This document shows, one piece after another, positions 1-12,830 of a stretch of 64,000 nt of DNA. Position 1 is the stretch's first letter. Every line of letters starts with the position of its first letter. The notes beneath the pieces are model-generated. The model did not search any database, had not been told where the DNA came from, and worked only from the letters and a program-made list of their open reading frames with translations. A program made the translations under genes and the position numbers. The stretch covers positions 48,928,848-48,992,847 of the forward strand of contig NC_057728.1 in assembly GCF_004010195.1 (NCBI RefSeq). Reading direction: 5' to 3'. Source of the DNA: Chiloscyllium plagiosum. Lineage: Eukaryota.

Positions 1-655
1 CGCAGTAACCCTTAAACTCTCTTTAAACTCCCACATCTGACAAGAAGTACATATCACTGCAAAGGCCATTTTTGCTCCTTCACAATCTAACAGACCCAGA
101 AATAAAACCATCTTATTCCTCTACAAACACTGCCCCCAGGTTAAATTAATAGCTATGGCTTACATTTTAAGTTTAATCAAGAGACGTATCTCCAAAAACA
201 TATAATCAAGAAAGAACCCACTGCACTCACTAATACAACCTTTCTTTTGGACAGACTTAAAACTACAGTTAACTTATCTGATTCTGTGCTGTGAACTTCG
301 CCCAACAGTCCCTCCAAGATTAGTTGTGAATTTCACTGTTTGTTAATTTTCCCAGATGCACTCCGATGTCCAGCAATACACGAATTCAAACAGCAAAGGC
401 AGTAACTGTGCAGGTTTTCTCTCTCTCTCTCCTGCACTGACCTCACCTTGTGCTTCCTTTGTCTGCTCTTCTTCCTGTTAAAAGTGCTGTTGTTTTGACT
501 TTTTTTTTCCAAAGTTCCAAAACAATGTAACAGCATATAAAACAGTAATTGCTGCTCCTGGAATTCAAGGAAATCACCTCCAACACCTAAAATACCTCAA
601 AAAGAAAGGAGCAGCTCTTACAGGCAGAAATGTTTCCCGTCCTACATCTTGGATT
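1..655 (-). mobile_element. Probable 5' region (UTR/ORF1 side) of a CR1-type LINE, running off the left edge
   Basis: Resembles a recurrent shark repeat (ccaagatgtaggacgggaaac... on the minus strand); recognition only. Confidence 0.4.
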
Positions 656-1148
656 GCCCAGAATTTGTGACAAAATTGTGAATTTTCAAGTTTACTGGTA
701 CAAACTTGATATAGTAAAGTCAAGATATAGATGCGGGTCTGGATCATTTGGCTACCTGCATCTTCTTAACTATGCAAGATCGTGGCTAATCATGGCCTCA
801 ACTCCACTTTTTTCGTCAGTCTCCTATAAACCTTCACTCCTGTCAAAGAAAGGCCTAACTCACCCTGCATGTTTCAATATGATCAACTATCATTCTTCTG
901 CACTCCAATGAGTGTATGTCCAATTTTACCCTATTTGACATCCCTTCCTGGCTAGTTGATTTGTGGTTTTAATTTTAATAAGTAAACATTATCTCCAGTT
1001 GGGAGGTTAATCGCTGGAGAAAATCTTTCGGTTTTGAATAACACGGAGGCTGATTTCATAGTAAGAAAATCTTTAAACTCTTGGCCTTCAAGATGAAGCT
1101 GTTTGCTTACAATAAGTATATTTGTACAAAAATATTAAGAATACTCAC

Positions 1149-1307
1149 TGGTAGGTGTCCGTGGAGTTCTCGGAATATCTAATTCATTTTGTGGTTCATT
1201 TCTTTCCACAACTGGCTCTTCCACAACACTTATACTGTTTGACTGCATGATATCCTGCAGCAAGTTGAAAATCTCTTCTGCTCGTGGACATTTGAAAGCA
1301 AAGATGC
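1149..1307 (-). CDS. FRS2: FRS2 coding exon 3 (159 nt): (G)IFAFKCPRAEEIFNLLQDIMQSNSISVVEEPVVERNEPQNELDIPRTPRTPT; the gene continues beyond the left edge
   Basis: End of the PTB domain plus the FRS2-type PRTPRTPT proline-directed kinase motif, which FRS3 lacks. Acceptor ttctttag|GC and donor ACCA|gtgagt; phase 1/1. Confidence 0.96.
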
Positions 1308-2017
1308 CTAAAGAACAACGGATAAACATTAAAGATCTAATATGCAAATAATTCAAGACATTTTGAAAGCTCTGACAAAATTGACATGTGCACTGCTATA
1401 TATTTTTAAATTGACATTTTTACAAGTGTAATTAAAGTACAAATTTATATATCGATTTTAATATAACAAAATATTGCAAGTTTCGCCGGATTCTTCTAAA
1501 ACAAAGTATGATACTGAGCGTCATAAAAAGGTATTTAGATAGCTAACAAAATTCTTGGTCACAGTGGTAAATTTTGAGATATGTGCAAAGAGGAAAAGTG
1601 TGATAGAGATGTTTGGTGCATATCCTAGATACCGAAGACATGGCTAACAAAGGTGGAGCAATTAAAGTCAAGGATGTACAAGAGCCAGAATTAGATATAC
1701 ACAAATATTTTGAGAGTTATAGGGCTGAAGTAGCTGACAGGGATAGGGAGGAACAAGGTCGTACAGTGATTTGAAAACAATTATGAAAATTTTAAAATCA
1801 TGATATTGATGTCAATGGTGCAATTGTGTTTTATGATGCACAAAGCATCCTCCCTCCCTTAAAGATATTGAATCCATGCTGGAGTTATGGCTTCCAAGAT
1901 CTCTGCTGACTGTCTAGCATTTCACCCAAGTTGCCATTATTCTTTCGAGACTTGAGATAGAGAGCTGGCAGATTACTCATCCTATGCGGTTCTCTGGCCA
2001 GGAATTTTTTCAGCAGA

Positions 2018-2530
2018 CATAGAGTCCTAGAAATGCACAGCACGGAAACAGACCCTTCGGTCCAACTCGTCCATACTGACCAGATATACTAAATTAATGT
2101 ACTCCTATTTGCCAGCACTTGGCCCATACCCCTGTCAACCCTTCGCATTCATGTACCGATCCATTTGCCTTTTAAATGGTAGCCATGATGTGGAGGTGCC
2201 AATGTTGGACTGGGGTGGACAAAGTTTAAAATCACACAACACCAGATTATAGTCCACCAGGTTTATTTGGAAATAGCATGACCATTCTAAAAGATGGAAG
2301 ACTAAATTTATTTAATATTACATTCCATGACACTACAATCCTGTTGCTATAAAGTCTGTGTCTTATGATTCTGCTCCACAACCACCTGAAGAAGCAGCAA
2401 TTTGAAAGCTAGTGCTTCCAAATAAACCTGGTGGACTAAAACCCGGTGTTGTGTGATTTTTAACTCTTAAACGTTGTAATTGTAGCAGCCTCCACCACTT
2501 CCTCGAGCAGCTCATTTCAGACACACACCG
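2018..2530 (-). mobile_element. HER1/CR1 LINE 3' end interrupted by a PLE-derived insertion
   Basis: Same tail as 27000-27155 in reverse (catagag...cacagcacggaaacagacccttcggtccaac); resumes at ~2466 with ttaaacgttgtaattgtagcagcctccaccacttcc. Confidence 0.85.
2185..2465. mobile_element. PLE family B fold-back insertion with a degenerate hammerhead (CTGAAGA 2386-2392; GAAA-GC-TA-GTG 2404-2414)
   Basis: Inverted arms aaaatcacacaacacc..agtccaccaggtttatttggaa / ttccaaataaacctggtggact..ggtgttgtgtgatttt; homologous to 17120-17390 and 35795-36026. Confidence 0.75.
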
Positions 2531-3796
2531 AAATCAGGATTAGTCCAATCCCATCCCAGTGTCACCAAAGCAAATTAAAGCAACCCAACTGAGAATCCGA
2601 TAACACAGCACAGACCACGAATCAAGTGTTTGTAATCCATACAGCTCAGCTATCTACTGGATAAACAATAAACCACCGTAGAGAACCACATGCAGACTCT
2701 TACTAGTTTTTAATAATTAACATAAAACACAGTGCTAGGTTTAAGGGACAAAAAAAAAAGATAAACTGTCACAAAATTGGAAGAAAAACCCCACAAATTT
2801 CATGATACTATGGAGGGATGGGGTTTTCGGTCAGTGGCTGGGCATTTCTGTACATAGAGACATACAATTGATGGCCTGTCTGAGAAATTACATGCAGTAA
2901 AGGCAGGCACTAATATTAGCCATCTCCCCAGCATTGTGCCTCTTTGCAATGAACAGCAGAGGGAGCTTCACTTACCACTACATGTACAGAAAGAAACCCT
3001 GTAACGTCCACCTCTCCCAGCATTTTGATTTATCCTTCCATTGTAAGCATTAAGTCAGAGTCAACATTGTTAATTCAATTATTAAATGCTAGAAATGATT
3101 ATTTTCTTAAACACCAAGACTGGATCATGACTTTTATATGCAGAATAAGTTTCATATACTTTTACCACAGAAACACCAACGAGCATGTAAATTCATGCAA
3201 GATGCTACTGAATGAAAAACATGCAGTCCAGGAGAACCAAATTGCAAACATCAAACATCAAAATGCATTTGTATATAATTTAATTTCTCTGAAATGCTTC
3301 AAGCGGACTCAAACAATTAGAATTTAAAGTCACCTGTACTCAAGTACAGAAGTATACTAGTAGTGAAAAATGTACAATATCGCCAATCCCAGTGCCATCT
3401 TAGGTACAAAAGTAGCTAGGTACAAAATCTTAAGCACAAAGTAGAAAGTTAAAGAGTCCTTTATGAAAAGTTGTGTTTCCTTGAAAAAGGTTAACAAATG
3501 AAACAAATACAGAAAGATAAATAATTTCTATTACAAAATTAAGCTGTTCATGTCTGTCAGAACTCAACTTTGCAGCATCCCCAGTAAAATCACGTGTTTC
3601 AACAGCTAACAGATAAGAAACAGATATGACCAGTCACAAGATACTCTTGCCTTTAAACAAAATATAGAAACATTGATGTGCTGCTATAAAGCTTTGGTCT
3701 AATATGTTGAACTTCCTCATGCACACAAACTAATGTAGATTTGAAGGATCAAATGACAAACCAAGATGATATTCGACTGTTACATTCAGTTATGAG

Positions 3797-3962
3797 GTAA
3801 AAACAATGACTGCAGATGCTGGAAACCAGATTCTGGATCAGTGGTGCTGGAAGAGCACAGCAATTCAGGCAGCATCCGAGGACGGGCTTTTGCCCGAAAC
3901 GTCGATTTTGCCTGTCCTCGGATGCTGCCTGAATTGCTGTGCTCTTCCAGCACCACTGATCC
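3797..3962. mobile_element. PLE family A fold-back insertion with 15-bp TSD
   Basis: TSD acattcagttatgag at 3782-3796 and 3963-3977. Perfect 49-bp arms 3835-3883/3914-3962. The loop keeps the half hammerhead gggc-tttt-gccc-gaaa-cg-tc. Confidence 0.85.
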
Positions 3963-4953
3963 ACATTCAGTTATGAGACAGCACTACTTGGGCAATCGTG
4001 ACAGGTTCATGGTTCATCAAAAATAAACAGCTTTTATTAGAATTTAAAGTCACCTGTACTCAAATACAGAAGTATACTAGTAGTGAAAAATGTACAATAT
4101 CGCCAATGGATTACTGATCTAACTCTAATGATGACATCTCAAACATTTCATTCATATTGTTTAGAAGTTAATGATCCAAATAGGTTTGCCCCCAAGTGCC
4201 AGCAAAAATGTTTAAAAGTGTCTACTGTCAGGTGGCTCCCAAAGAAGGTAGTGCTGGCACGTTAGGGGGCAAACCTATTTGGACCAATTAGGTTTCCTAC
4301 ATAGGTATTAAAAAAAAGATCAACCAGCTAACTTGTTTTCATCAGATGTTACTAAACAGGGAAGATAGTAGATTAAAATGAAGTATTTTAAATCATGCTC
4401 CAATTAACAATAGTCTCATGATCAGTGATAACAGAAAAACAGATTTAAAAAACTAGAGCATGGCTTAAAAAAGACATTTTAATTTACATTTTGTTTTATA
4501 TTCATCAGGACAATTTACAAAATTACAAATGCAAACTGGGGCAGCAATAGTTTTTATAGCATTGTATTGGAAAATGCACTAATTAGATAATAATTGACAA
4601 ATTCAATCAAATTCAAACTGAAATCAGGAAAATCGACTGATTTGCCAAGGCACGTCCCCAAGAATCAGCCAGAGAATGTCTGGTGCCTTTTTCATCCCAT
4701 TAAAACAGGCAGTGTTTACATGTTACTCTTCTTTGCAGGGAAGTGTATGCAAGTGTGCCACTCTGATCATCAAATCTACAAGTTGCTTTGGCCAATCTGA
4801 AAACAAACTAGAACAATCCATCTAAAGAAAATATTTATTGTAACAGTGTAAAACTGACTTAATTGGTCATACATAACCTATAAAATGTTACATAAATCAA
4901 GGTAATAGATAGCATCTGGATTGCAATATTACTAGTAAAATTCACCATTGTCC

Positions 4954-7900
4954 GAGGGAAGGGGGGGGGGGGAAGGAAGGAAGGAGGGAGGGAGAAAGTG
5001 TGGGGGTGCGAGAGAGAGACAGAGCACGAGAGACAGAGCACGAGAGACAGAGCACGAGAGACAGAGCACGAGAGACAGAGCACGAGAGACAGAGCACGAG
5101 AGACAGAGCACGAGAGACAGAGCACGAGAGACAGAGCACGAGAGACAGAGCACGAGAGACAGAGCACGAGAGACAGAGCACGAGAGACAGAGCACGAGAG
5201 ACAGAGCACGAGAGACAGAGCACGAGAGACAGAGCACGAGAGACAGAGCACGAGAGACAGAGCACGAGAGAGAGCGAACACAAGCGAGAGAATGAGAACA
5301 CGAGAGAGAGCGAGAGCGCGAGAGAGCGCGAAAGAGAGAGTAAACACGAGCAAGAGAGAGAGAGCGCGAGAGAGAGAGCACGCGCGAGAGAGAGCACGCG
5401 CGAGAGAGAGCACGCGCGAGAGAGCACGCGCGAGAGAGAGCACGAGAGAGAGCGTGAGAGGGAGTGCGAGAGAGCGCGAGAGCGCGAAAGAGAGAGCAAA
5501 CACGAGCGAGAAAGAACGCGCGAGTGAGAGCGAGAGAGAGCGCGAGAGCGCGCGAGAGGGAGAGCGTGAGAGCGCGCGAGCGGGAGAGCGTGAGAGCGCG
5601 CGAGCGAGAGAGAGCGAGAGAGCGCGAGAGAGACAGCGCGCGAGAGAGACAGCGCGCGAGAGAGACAGCGCGCGAGAGAGACAGCGCGCGAGAGAGACAG
5701 CGCGAGAGAGAGACAGCGCGAGAGAGACACAGCGCGAGAGAGACAGCGCGAGAGAGAGCCAGCGCGATAGAGAGACAGCGCGAGAGAGAGACAGCGCGAG
5801 AGAGAGACAGCGCGAGAGAGAGACAGCGCGAGAGAGAGACACCGCGCGAGAGACAGCGCATGAGAGAGACAGCGCGCGAGAGAGAGACAGCGCGCGAGCG
5901 ACAGACCGCGCGAGCGAGAGACAGCGCGAGAGAGAGAGACAGCGCGCGAGCGAGAGACAGCGCGCGAGAGAGAGACAGCGCACAAGAGAGAGACAGCGCG
6001 GGAGAGAGAGACAGCGCGCGAGAGAGACAGCGCGCGAGAGAGACAGCGCGCAAGAGAGCGCGCGAGAGAGACAGCGCGCGAGAGAGAGACAGCGCGAGAG
6101 AGAGACAGCGCGAGAGAGAGACAGCGCGTGAGAGAGACACCGCGCGAGAGACAGCGCGTGAGAGAGACAGCGCGCGAGAGAGAGACAGCGCGCGAGCGAG
6201 AGACAGCGCGCGCGAGAGACAGCGCGCGAGAGAGAGACAGCGCGAGAGAGAGAGACAGCGCGAGAGAGAGACAGCGCGCACGAGAGAGACAGACAGCGAG
6301 TAAGCGCGAGAGAGCGCAAGCGAGAGAGCGAGAGCACACTAGCGAGAGAGAGAGAGAGCGAGAGAGAACACGAGCGAGAGAGAACACGAGCGAGAGAGAG
6401 AGAGAGCGAGAGAGAGAGAGAGCGAGCTCGCGAGAGAGCGAGAGACCTAGCTCGCGAGAGAGCACGAGAGAGAGAGCAGGAGAGACAGAGCAGGAGAGAC
6501 AGAGCAGGAGAGACAGAGCACGAGAGACAGAGCACGAGAGACAGAGCACGAGAGAGAGCGAACACGAGCGAGAGAATGAGAACACGAGAGAGAGCGAGAG
6601 CGCGAGAGAGCGCGAAAGAGAGAGTAAACACGAGCAAGAGAGAGAGAGCGCGAGAGAGAGAGAGAGAGTGAGAGAGCACGAGAGAGAGAGCACGCGTGAG
6701 AGAGAGCACGCACGAGAGAGCACGTGCGAGAGAGCACGAGAGAGAGCGCGAGAGAGCGCGAGAACGCGAAAGAGAGAGCAAACACGAGCGAGAAAGAACG
6801 CGCGAGAGTGAGAGCGAGAGAGCGCGAGAGCGCGCGAGAGGGAGAGCGTGATAGCGCGCGAGCGAGAGAGCGCGAGAGCACACGAGCGAGAGCGCGAGAG
6901 CACACGAGCTAGAGAGCGCGAGAACACATGCGCGTGAGACAGCGCGCGAGAGAGACAGCGCGCGAGAGAGACAGCGCGCGAGAGAGACAGCGCGCTAGAG
7001 AGACAGCGCGCGAGAGAGACAGCGCGCGAGAGAGACAGCGCGCGAGAGAGACAGCGCGCGAGAGAGACAGCGCGCGAGAGAGACAGCGCGCGAGAGAGAC
7101 AGCGCGCGAGAGAGACAGCGCGCGAGAGAGACAGCGCGCGAGAGAGACAGCGCGCGAGAGAGACAGCGCGCGAGAGAGACAGCGCGCGAGAGAGACAGCG
7201 CGCGAGAGAGACAGCGCGCGAGAGAGACAGCGCGCGAGAGAGACAGCGCGCGAGAGAGACAGCGCGCGAGAGAGACAGCGCGCGAGAGAGACAGCGCGCG
7301 AGAGAGACAGCGCGCGAGAGACAGCGCGCGAGAGAGAGACAGCGCGCGAGAGAGACAGCGCGCGAGAGACAGCGTGCTAGAGAGAGACAGCGCGCGAGAG
7401 AGAGACAGCGCGAGAGAGAGAGACAGCGCGAGAGAGAGAGAGACAGCGCGAGAGAAAGAGACAGCGCGCGAAAGGAACAGCGCGTGCGAGAGAGACAGCG
7501 CGCAAGAGAGACAGCGCGCGAGAGAGACAGCGCGCGAGAGAGACAGCGCGCGAGAGAGACAGCGCGCGAGAGAGACAGCGCGCTAGAGAGAGACAGTGCG
7601 CGAGAGAGAGACAGCGCGCGAGAGAGAGACAGCGCGCGAGAGAGAGACAGCGCGCGAGAGAGGGACAGCGCGCGAGAGAGGGACCGCGCGCGAGAGAGGG
7701 ACAGCGCGCGAGAGAGGGACAGCGCGCGAGAGAGGGACAACGAGAGAGGAGAAAGACAGCGCGAGAGAGAGACAGCGGGAGAGAGAGAGACAGCGTGCGA
7801 GAGGGACAGCGCGCGAAAGGGACAGCGCGCGCGAGAGAGACAGCGCGCGAGAGAGAGACAGCGCGCGAGAGAGAGACAGCGCGCAAGAGAGAGACAGCGC

Positions 7901-10473
7901 GAGAGAGAGACAGCGGGAGAGAGAGAGACAGCGTGCGAGAGGGACAGCGCGCAAAAGGGACAGCGCGCGCGAGAGAGAGACAGCGCGCGAGAGAGAGACA
8001 GCGCGCGAGAGAGAGACAGCGCGCGAGAGAAAGACAGCGCGCGAGAGAGAGACAGCGCGCGAGAGACAGCGCGCGAGAGAGACAGCGCGCGAGAGAGACA
8101 GCGCGCGAGAGAGAGACAGCGCGCGAGAGAGAGACAGAGCGCGAGAGAGACACAGAGCGCGAGTGAGGGACAGCGCGCGAGAGAGGGACAGCGCGCGAGA
8201 GAGGGACAGCGCGCGAGAGAGGGACAGCGCGCGAGAGGGACAGCGCGCGAGAGAGGGACAGCGCGCGTGAGAGGGACAGCGCGCGAGAGAGGGACAGCGC
8301 GCGTGAGAGGGACAGCGCACGTGAGACGGACAGCGCACGCGAGAGAGACAGCGCGAGAGAGAGACAGCGCGAGAGAGAGACAGCGCGAGAGAGCGACAGC
8401 GCGAGAGAGCGACAGCGCGAGAGAGAGACAGCGAGAAAGCATGAGAGTGCGCGAGCGAGAGCACACTAGCGAGAGAGAGAGAGCGAGAGAGAACATGAGC
8501 GAGAGAGAGAGAGAGCGAGAGAGAGAGAGCACGAGAGACAGAGCACGAGAGAGAGAGCACGAGAGAGAGAGCACGAGAGACAGAGCACGAGAGACAGAGC
8601 GCGAGAGACAGAGCGCGAGAGACAGAGCACGAGAGACAGAGCACGAGAGACAGCGAACACGAGCGAGAGAATGAGAACACGAGAGAGCGCGGGAGAGAGA
8701 GCACGCGAGAGAGAGCACGCGCGAGAGAGAGCACGAGAGAGAGCGCGAGAGAGAGAGCGCGAGAGAGCGCGAGAACGCGAAAGAGAGAGCAAACACGAGC
8801 GAGAAAGAACGCGCGAGAGTGAGAGCGAGAGAGAGCGCGAAAGCGCGCGAGAGGGAGAGCGTGAGAGCGCGCAAGTGGAGAGAGCGCGAGAGCACATGAG
8901 CGAGAGAGCGCGAGAGCACACGAGCAAGAGAGCGCAAGAACACGCGCGTGAGACAGCGCGCGAGAGAGACAGCGCGCGAGAGAGACAGCGCGCGAGAGAG
9001 AGACAGCGCGCGAGAGAGAGACAGCGCGCGAGAGAGAGAGCGCGAAAGAGCGCGAGAGCGCGAAAGAGAGAGCAAACACGAGCGAGAAAGAGCACGCGAG
9101 AGTGAGAGCGAGAGAGAGCGCGCGAGAGTGAGAGCGAGAGAGAGCGCGCGAGAGGGAGAGCGCGAGAGAGAGCGCGCGAGAGAGAGCGCGAGAGACAGAG
9201 CGCGAGAGAGAGAGCGCGAGAGAGAGCGCGAGACCGCGAGAGAGCGAGACCGCGAGAGAGCGAGAGCGAGAGAGAGAGAGCGAGTGCGAGCGCAAGAGAG
9301 CGCGAGAGAGCGCGAGAGAGCGCGAGAGAGCGCGAAAGAGAGAACAAACACGAGCGAGAAAGAGCGCGAGAGAGTGAGCGAGAGAGAGCGCGAGAGGGAG
9401 AGAGCGAGAGAGCGCGCGAGCGAGAGAGTGCGAGAGCACACGAACGAGAGAGCGCGAGGACACATGCGTGAGAGGGACAGCGCGCGCGAGAGAGACAGCG
9501 CGGGCGAGAGAGAGACAGCGCGCGAGAGACAGCGCGCGAGAGAGAGACAGCGCGCGAGAGACAGCGCGCGAGAGAGAGACAGCGCGCGAGAGACAGCAGA
9601 GCGTGAACGTGAGAGCGAGAGCGAACGTGTCAGAGCGAGAGCGAACGTGAGAGAGAGCGAGAGTGAACGTGAGAGCGAGAGCGAACGTGTCAGAGCGAGA
9701 GCGAACGTGAGAGTGACAGCAAACGTGAGAGAGCACGAACGTGAGAGAGCGAGAATGAACGTGAGAGAGCGAGTGAGAGAGCGAGTGTGAACGTGAGAGC
9801 GAGAGCGAGAGAGCGAGTGTGAACGTGAGAGCGAGAGCGAGAGTGAATGTGAGTGCGAGAGCAAACGTGAGAGAGAGCGAGAGCGAACATGAGAGAGCGA
9901 GAGCGAACGAGAGAGCGAGAGTGAATGAGAGAGCGAGAGTGAACGAGAGCGCGAGAGAGCGAGAGTGAACATGAGAGCGAGAGTGAACGTGAGAGTGAAC
10001 GTGAGAGCGAACGTGAGAGCGAGAGCGAACGTGAGAGAGCGAGAGTGAACATGAGAGCGAGAGCGAGAGCGAACGTGAGAGCGAACGTGAGAGAGAGCGC
10101 GAGCGTGAGAGAGCGCGAGCGTGAGAGAGCGCGAGCGTGAGCGAGAGCGCGAGCGTGAGAGAGAGCGCGAGCGTGAGAGAGAGAGCGTGAGCGTGAGAGA
10201 GAGAGCGCGAGCGTGAGAGAGAGCGAGCATGAGAGAGAGCGCGAGAGTGAGAGAGCAAGCAAAAGCGAGCGTGGGAGAGAGCAAGAGTGAGAACGAGCGT
10301 GAGAGAGTGAGTGAACATGAGAGAGAGCGAGAGTGAGCGTGAGAGCGAGCGTGAGAGCGAGCGTGAAAGAGAAAGCAAGAGTGAGCGTGAGAGCAAGAAC
10401 GAGTGTGAGAAAGTGAGAGTGCGAGTGCGAGTGAGAGAGCGCGAGAGAGAGAGAGAGCGCGAGAGAGAGAGAG

Positions 10474-10505
<32 letters not shown>
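4954..10505. repeat. ~5.5 kb complex tandem array derived from a (GA)n microsatellite; units include GAGAGACAGAGCAC (14 bp, ~18 copies at 5014-5265), GAGAGAGACAGCGCGC (16 bp, ~6940-7370) and GAGAGCGAACGT-type units (~9600-10100)
   Basis: Directly visible. The + strand is very T-poor, so stop codons are rare and long low-complexity ORFs appear in many frames. Confidence 0.97.
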
Positions 10506-10511
<6 letters not shown>

Positions 10512-10610
10512 GGTGGTAGTTTAACCGGAGGGTCACCAAGCCTCAGGCAAGGTTGAGAAGGTGGGACCTTCATGGTAATCTCAAGCCCATATGGGAATTG
10601 AACCCATGCT
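10498..10610 (-). mobile_element. tRNA-derived SINE fragment; its other part appears to lie at ~4900-4955, on the far side of the array
   Basis: gggaattgaaccc is the reverse complement of a B-box. gagagatgactggtggtagtttaaccggagggtcacc resembles a common shark SINE body (recalled, not searched). Confidence 0.55.
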
Positions 10611-10823
10611 AAATAACCATTTCCAAATTTCTTAGCACAAACACTTTGAATTAAAACACCAACTAGTATTAATGTTCAGCCTAATCATGCCATAATTACT
10701 TCTCCCAATGGTAGTATCATAACCCAGTTTCAAATTACACAATAAACCTTGTGCTTGAAGTATGTTTATCCCTGCTTTCCAACTTGCTAATTTTAGTTAC
10801 AAAATCAACACAAGCATACTAGT

Positions 10824-11128
10824 GGGCGGCACGGTGGCTAGCACTGCTGCCTCACAGCGCTGGAGACCCGGGTTCAATTCCCGCCTCAGGCGACTGACTG
10901 TGTGGAGTTTGCACATTCTCCCCGTGTCTGCGTGGGTTTCCTCCGGGTGCTCCGGTTTCTTCCCACAGTCACAAAGTTGTGCAGGTCATGTGAATTGGCC
11001 ATGCTAAGTTGCCCGCAGTGTTAGGTAAGGGGTAAATGTAGGGCTAGGGGTGGGTTTCGCTTCGGCGGGGCAGTGTGGACTTGTTGAGCCGAAGGGCCTG
11101 TTTCCACACTGTAATGTAATCTAATGTA
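10824..11128 (+). mobile_element. HE1-like tRNA-derived V-SINE, near full length
   Basis: tRNA-like head with ggttcaattcc B-box, V-domain tgtggagtttgcacattctccccgtgtctgcgtgggtttcctccgggtgctccggttt, CR1-like tail and (taatc/taatg) terminal repeats. Confidence 0.9.
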
Positions 11129-11288
11129 TAATTTTAAAATTGAGACTCACTATGTCTCTTTGTCCAGTTCCATTCATCCAATCTTTAAGATTGAGTTCTT
11201 CATTCAATGTGCAGTGCCATGAAAAATAAACTATTCACAATCTGAACATCCTCATTCGTTGTGTAAACAATACCCTTAGGCTTATGAA

Positions 11289-11509
11289 GTCGAAAAGTGA
11301 TATGCTGGAAAAGGACAGCAGGTCAGGTAGCATGTGAGGAGCAGGAGAGTCAACATTTCGGGCAGAAGCTCTTCATCAATTCATTCCTGCTGAAGGGCTT
11401 ATGCCTGAAACATCGACTTTCATGCTCCTCGGATGCTGCCGGACCTGCTGTGTTTGCCCAGTGTCTCACTTTTTGACTCTGGTCTCCAGCATCTGCAGTC
11501 CTCACTTTC
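11289..11509. mobile_element. PLE family A fold-back copy, older, with two opposed degenerate hammerhead motifs
   Basis: Imperfect inverted arms around ~11380. + strand cctgctgaagggcttatgcctgaaacatc; - strand ttgatgaagagcttctgcccgaaatgtt. Terminus ccagcatctgcagtcctcacttt. Confidence 0.8.
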
Positions 11510-11779
11510 AGTATCTGAGGAATTCAATCTACCAAATTTCTAACCTAAGGCTTTTCTACGTAAATAGAATAGATTCACTGCCTACATAGGGCCTTACCAC
11601 GAGGTACCATCTAAAAGGACAAACACTCCAGTTCTGCCCCTTCTCGACCTGCCAATTTTAATGGTACAGTGAAGGATAGAGAGTATTCATGACTTGGACT
11701 TTTGAAAAAACAGCCAAGTTCTCTCAAACAGAAAACTTAATGATTGGTTAACACAATTTTGATGCTAGATTTAGAAAAG

Positions 11780-11950
11780 AATGTTGGCCAGAGAACTGGA
11801 CAAACTCCTTCTTCTTCGAATAATGTCACAGGATACTGTCACAGCACCAAAATATGCAAATTGCATTAAAGTTTAAAGTGTCAGCTGAAAGACACCATCA
11901 CCAACAATCCCTCACTGTTACTTTAATTGTGTTTAATTCCTGATTAGAAT
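11780..11950 (-). mobile_element. Degraded Deu-domain SINE fragment
   Basis: gttggccagaga...actccttcttcttcgaataatgtcacaggat...gaaagacacc is similar in reverse to 34210-34615. Confidence 0.5.
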
Positions 11951-12449
11951 TTGGACTAAGGATGATAACTGGATGACAGCCTTAGGGTGACCTAGCACAT
12001 CAAACATTTTCAGGAAAATTAAATATTAGAACAAAATACATTTTAACTCTGCATGAAATTATTGAGAACTTTATTTTTTGCTCCCATAATTGTAATTACA
12101 CAGCAATGTACAAACCAAAAAATATCTTAAATAGCTCTTAATAGTTTTTCAAGTGCAAGTATGATTGGTAAAACTGTGTGACCTCAGATCAGGAGGTTCC
12201 TTAGCCTGTGCCGAGTTAGTTCATTGCAATAAGGCACAAAAATTGCCCTCGACTCTCCTCATTTGGGAGTATTATTATTGCCAGAAACAAAAAAACATAC
12301 AAGAGATCTAACTTCACATCATTATCAGTGGTCCTTTCTTAAAAGTGCTGATGTAGGATAACATCTTGATCACTTAAAAAACAAAATCTAAGAAACCCAG
12401 TCAATGCAATAAATGACTATCATTATTTTAATGCTTTCTATGTTGGATG

Positions 12450-12830
12450 GAATGCCATTATTTGAATATAACATACAAGATTCTTAGAGGTCTGGACAGG
12501 CTCGATGCAGAAAGGTTGTTTCCCCTGTAGGAGAGTCTAAGACCAGAGGGCATATGATAGAAAAAAGCAGCACATATTCATAACAGAGATGGGGAGCAAC
12601 TTTTTCTCTCAGGGGGTTGTGAGTCTGTGCAAATCTGTGCTATTGAGACTTGATCATTAAGTATACTCAAGGCTAAGAAAGATTTTTAATCTTCAAGGGA
12701 TTCAAAGATGAAGGACAAGGCAGGAAAGTGGAATTAAAAACTATCAGAGCAGTCATTGTCTCAATGAATGGCAGAGCAGACCAGAATGGCTGACTCGCCT
12801 ATTTGTGCTTCTACGTTTTATGGCCTTACA
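12450..12830 (+). mobile_element. Degraded CR1-type LINE 3' end
   Basis: Decayed YKILRGLDR / FFSQRVV-type coding remnants and an aatggcagagcagac tail. Confidence 0.75.

Noticed and set aside
5014..7370. Regular short repeats as a possible CRISPR array
   Set aside because: Head-to-tail units with no unique spacers, in a eukaryotic intron, with no cas genes.
4859..10573. Very long ORFs (up to 1865 aa; RE-rich on +, SLAR-rich on -)
   Set aside because: By-products of a low-complexity array that rarely forms stop codons; open in several frames on both strands with no domain content.
10824..10890. tRNA genes at SINE heads (also ~44350-44423 and ~60708-60800)
   Set aside because: A/B-box-like heads continue into SINE bodies; no complete cloverleaf evident.
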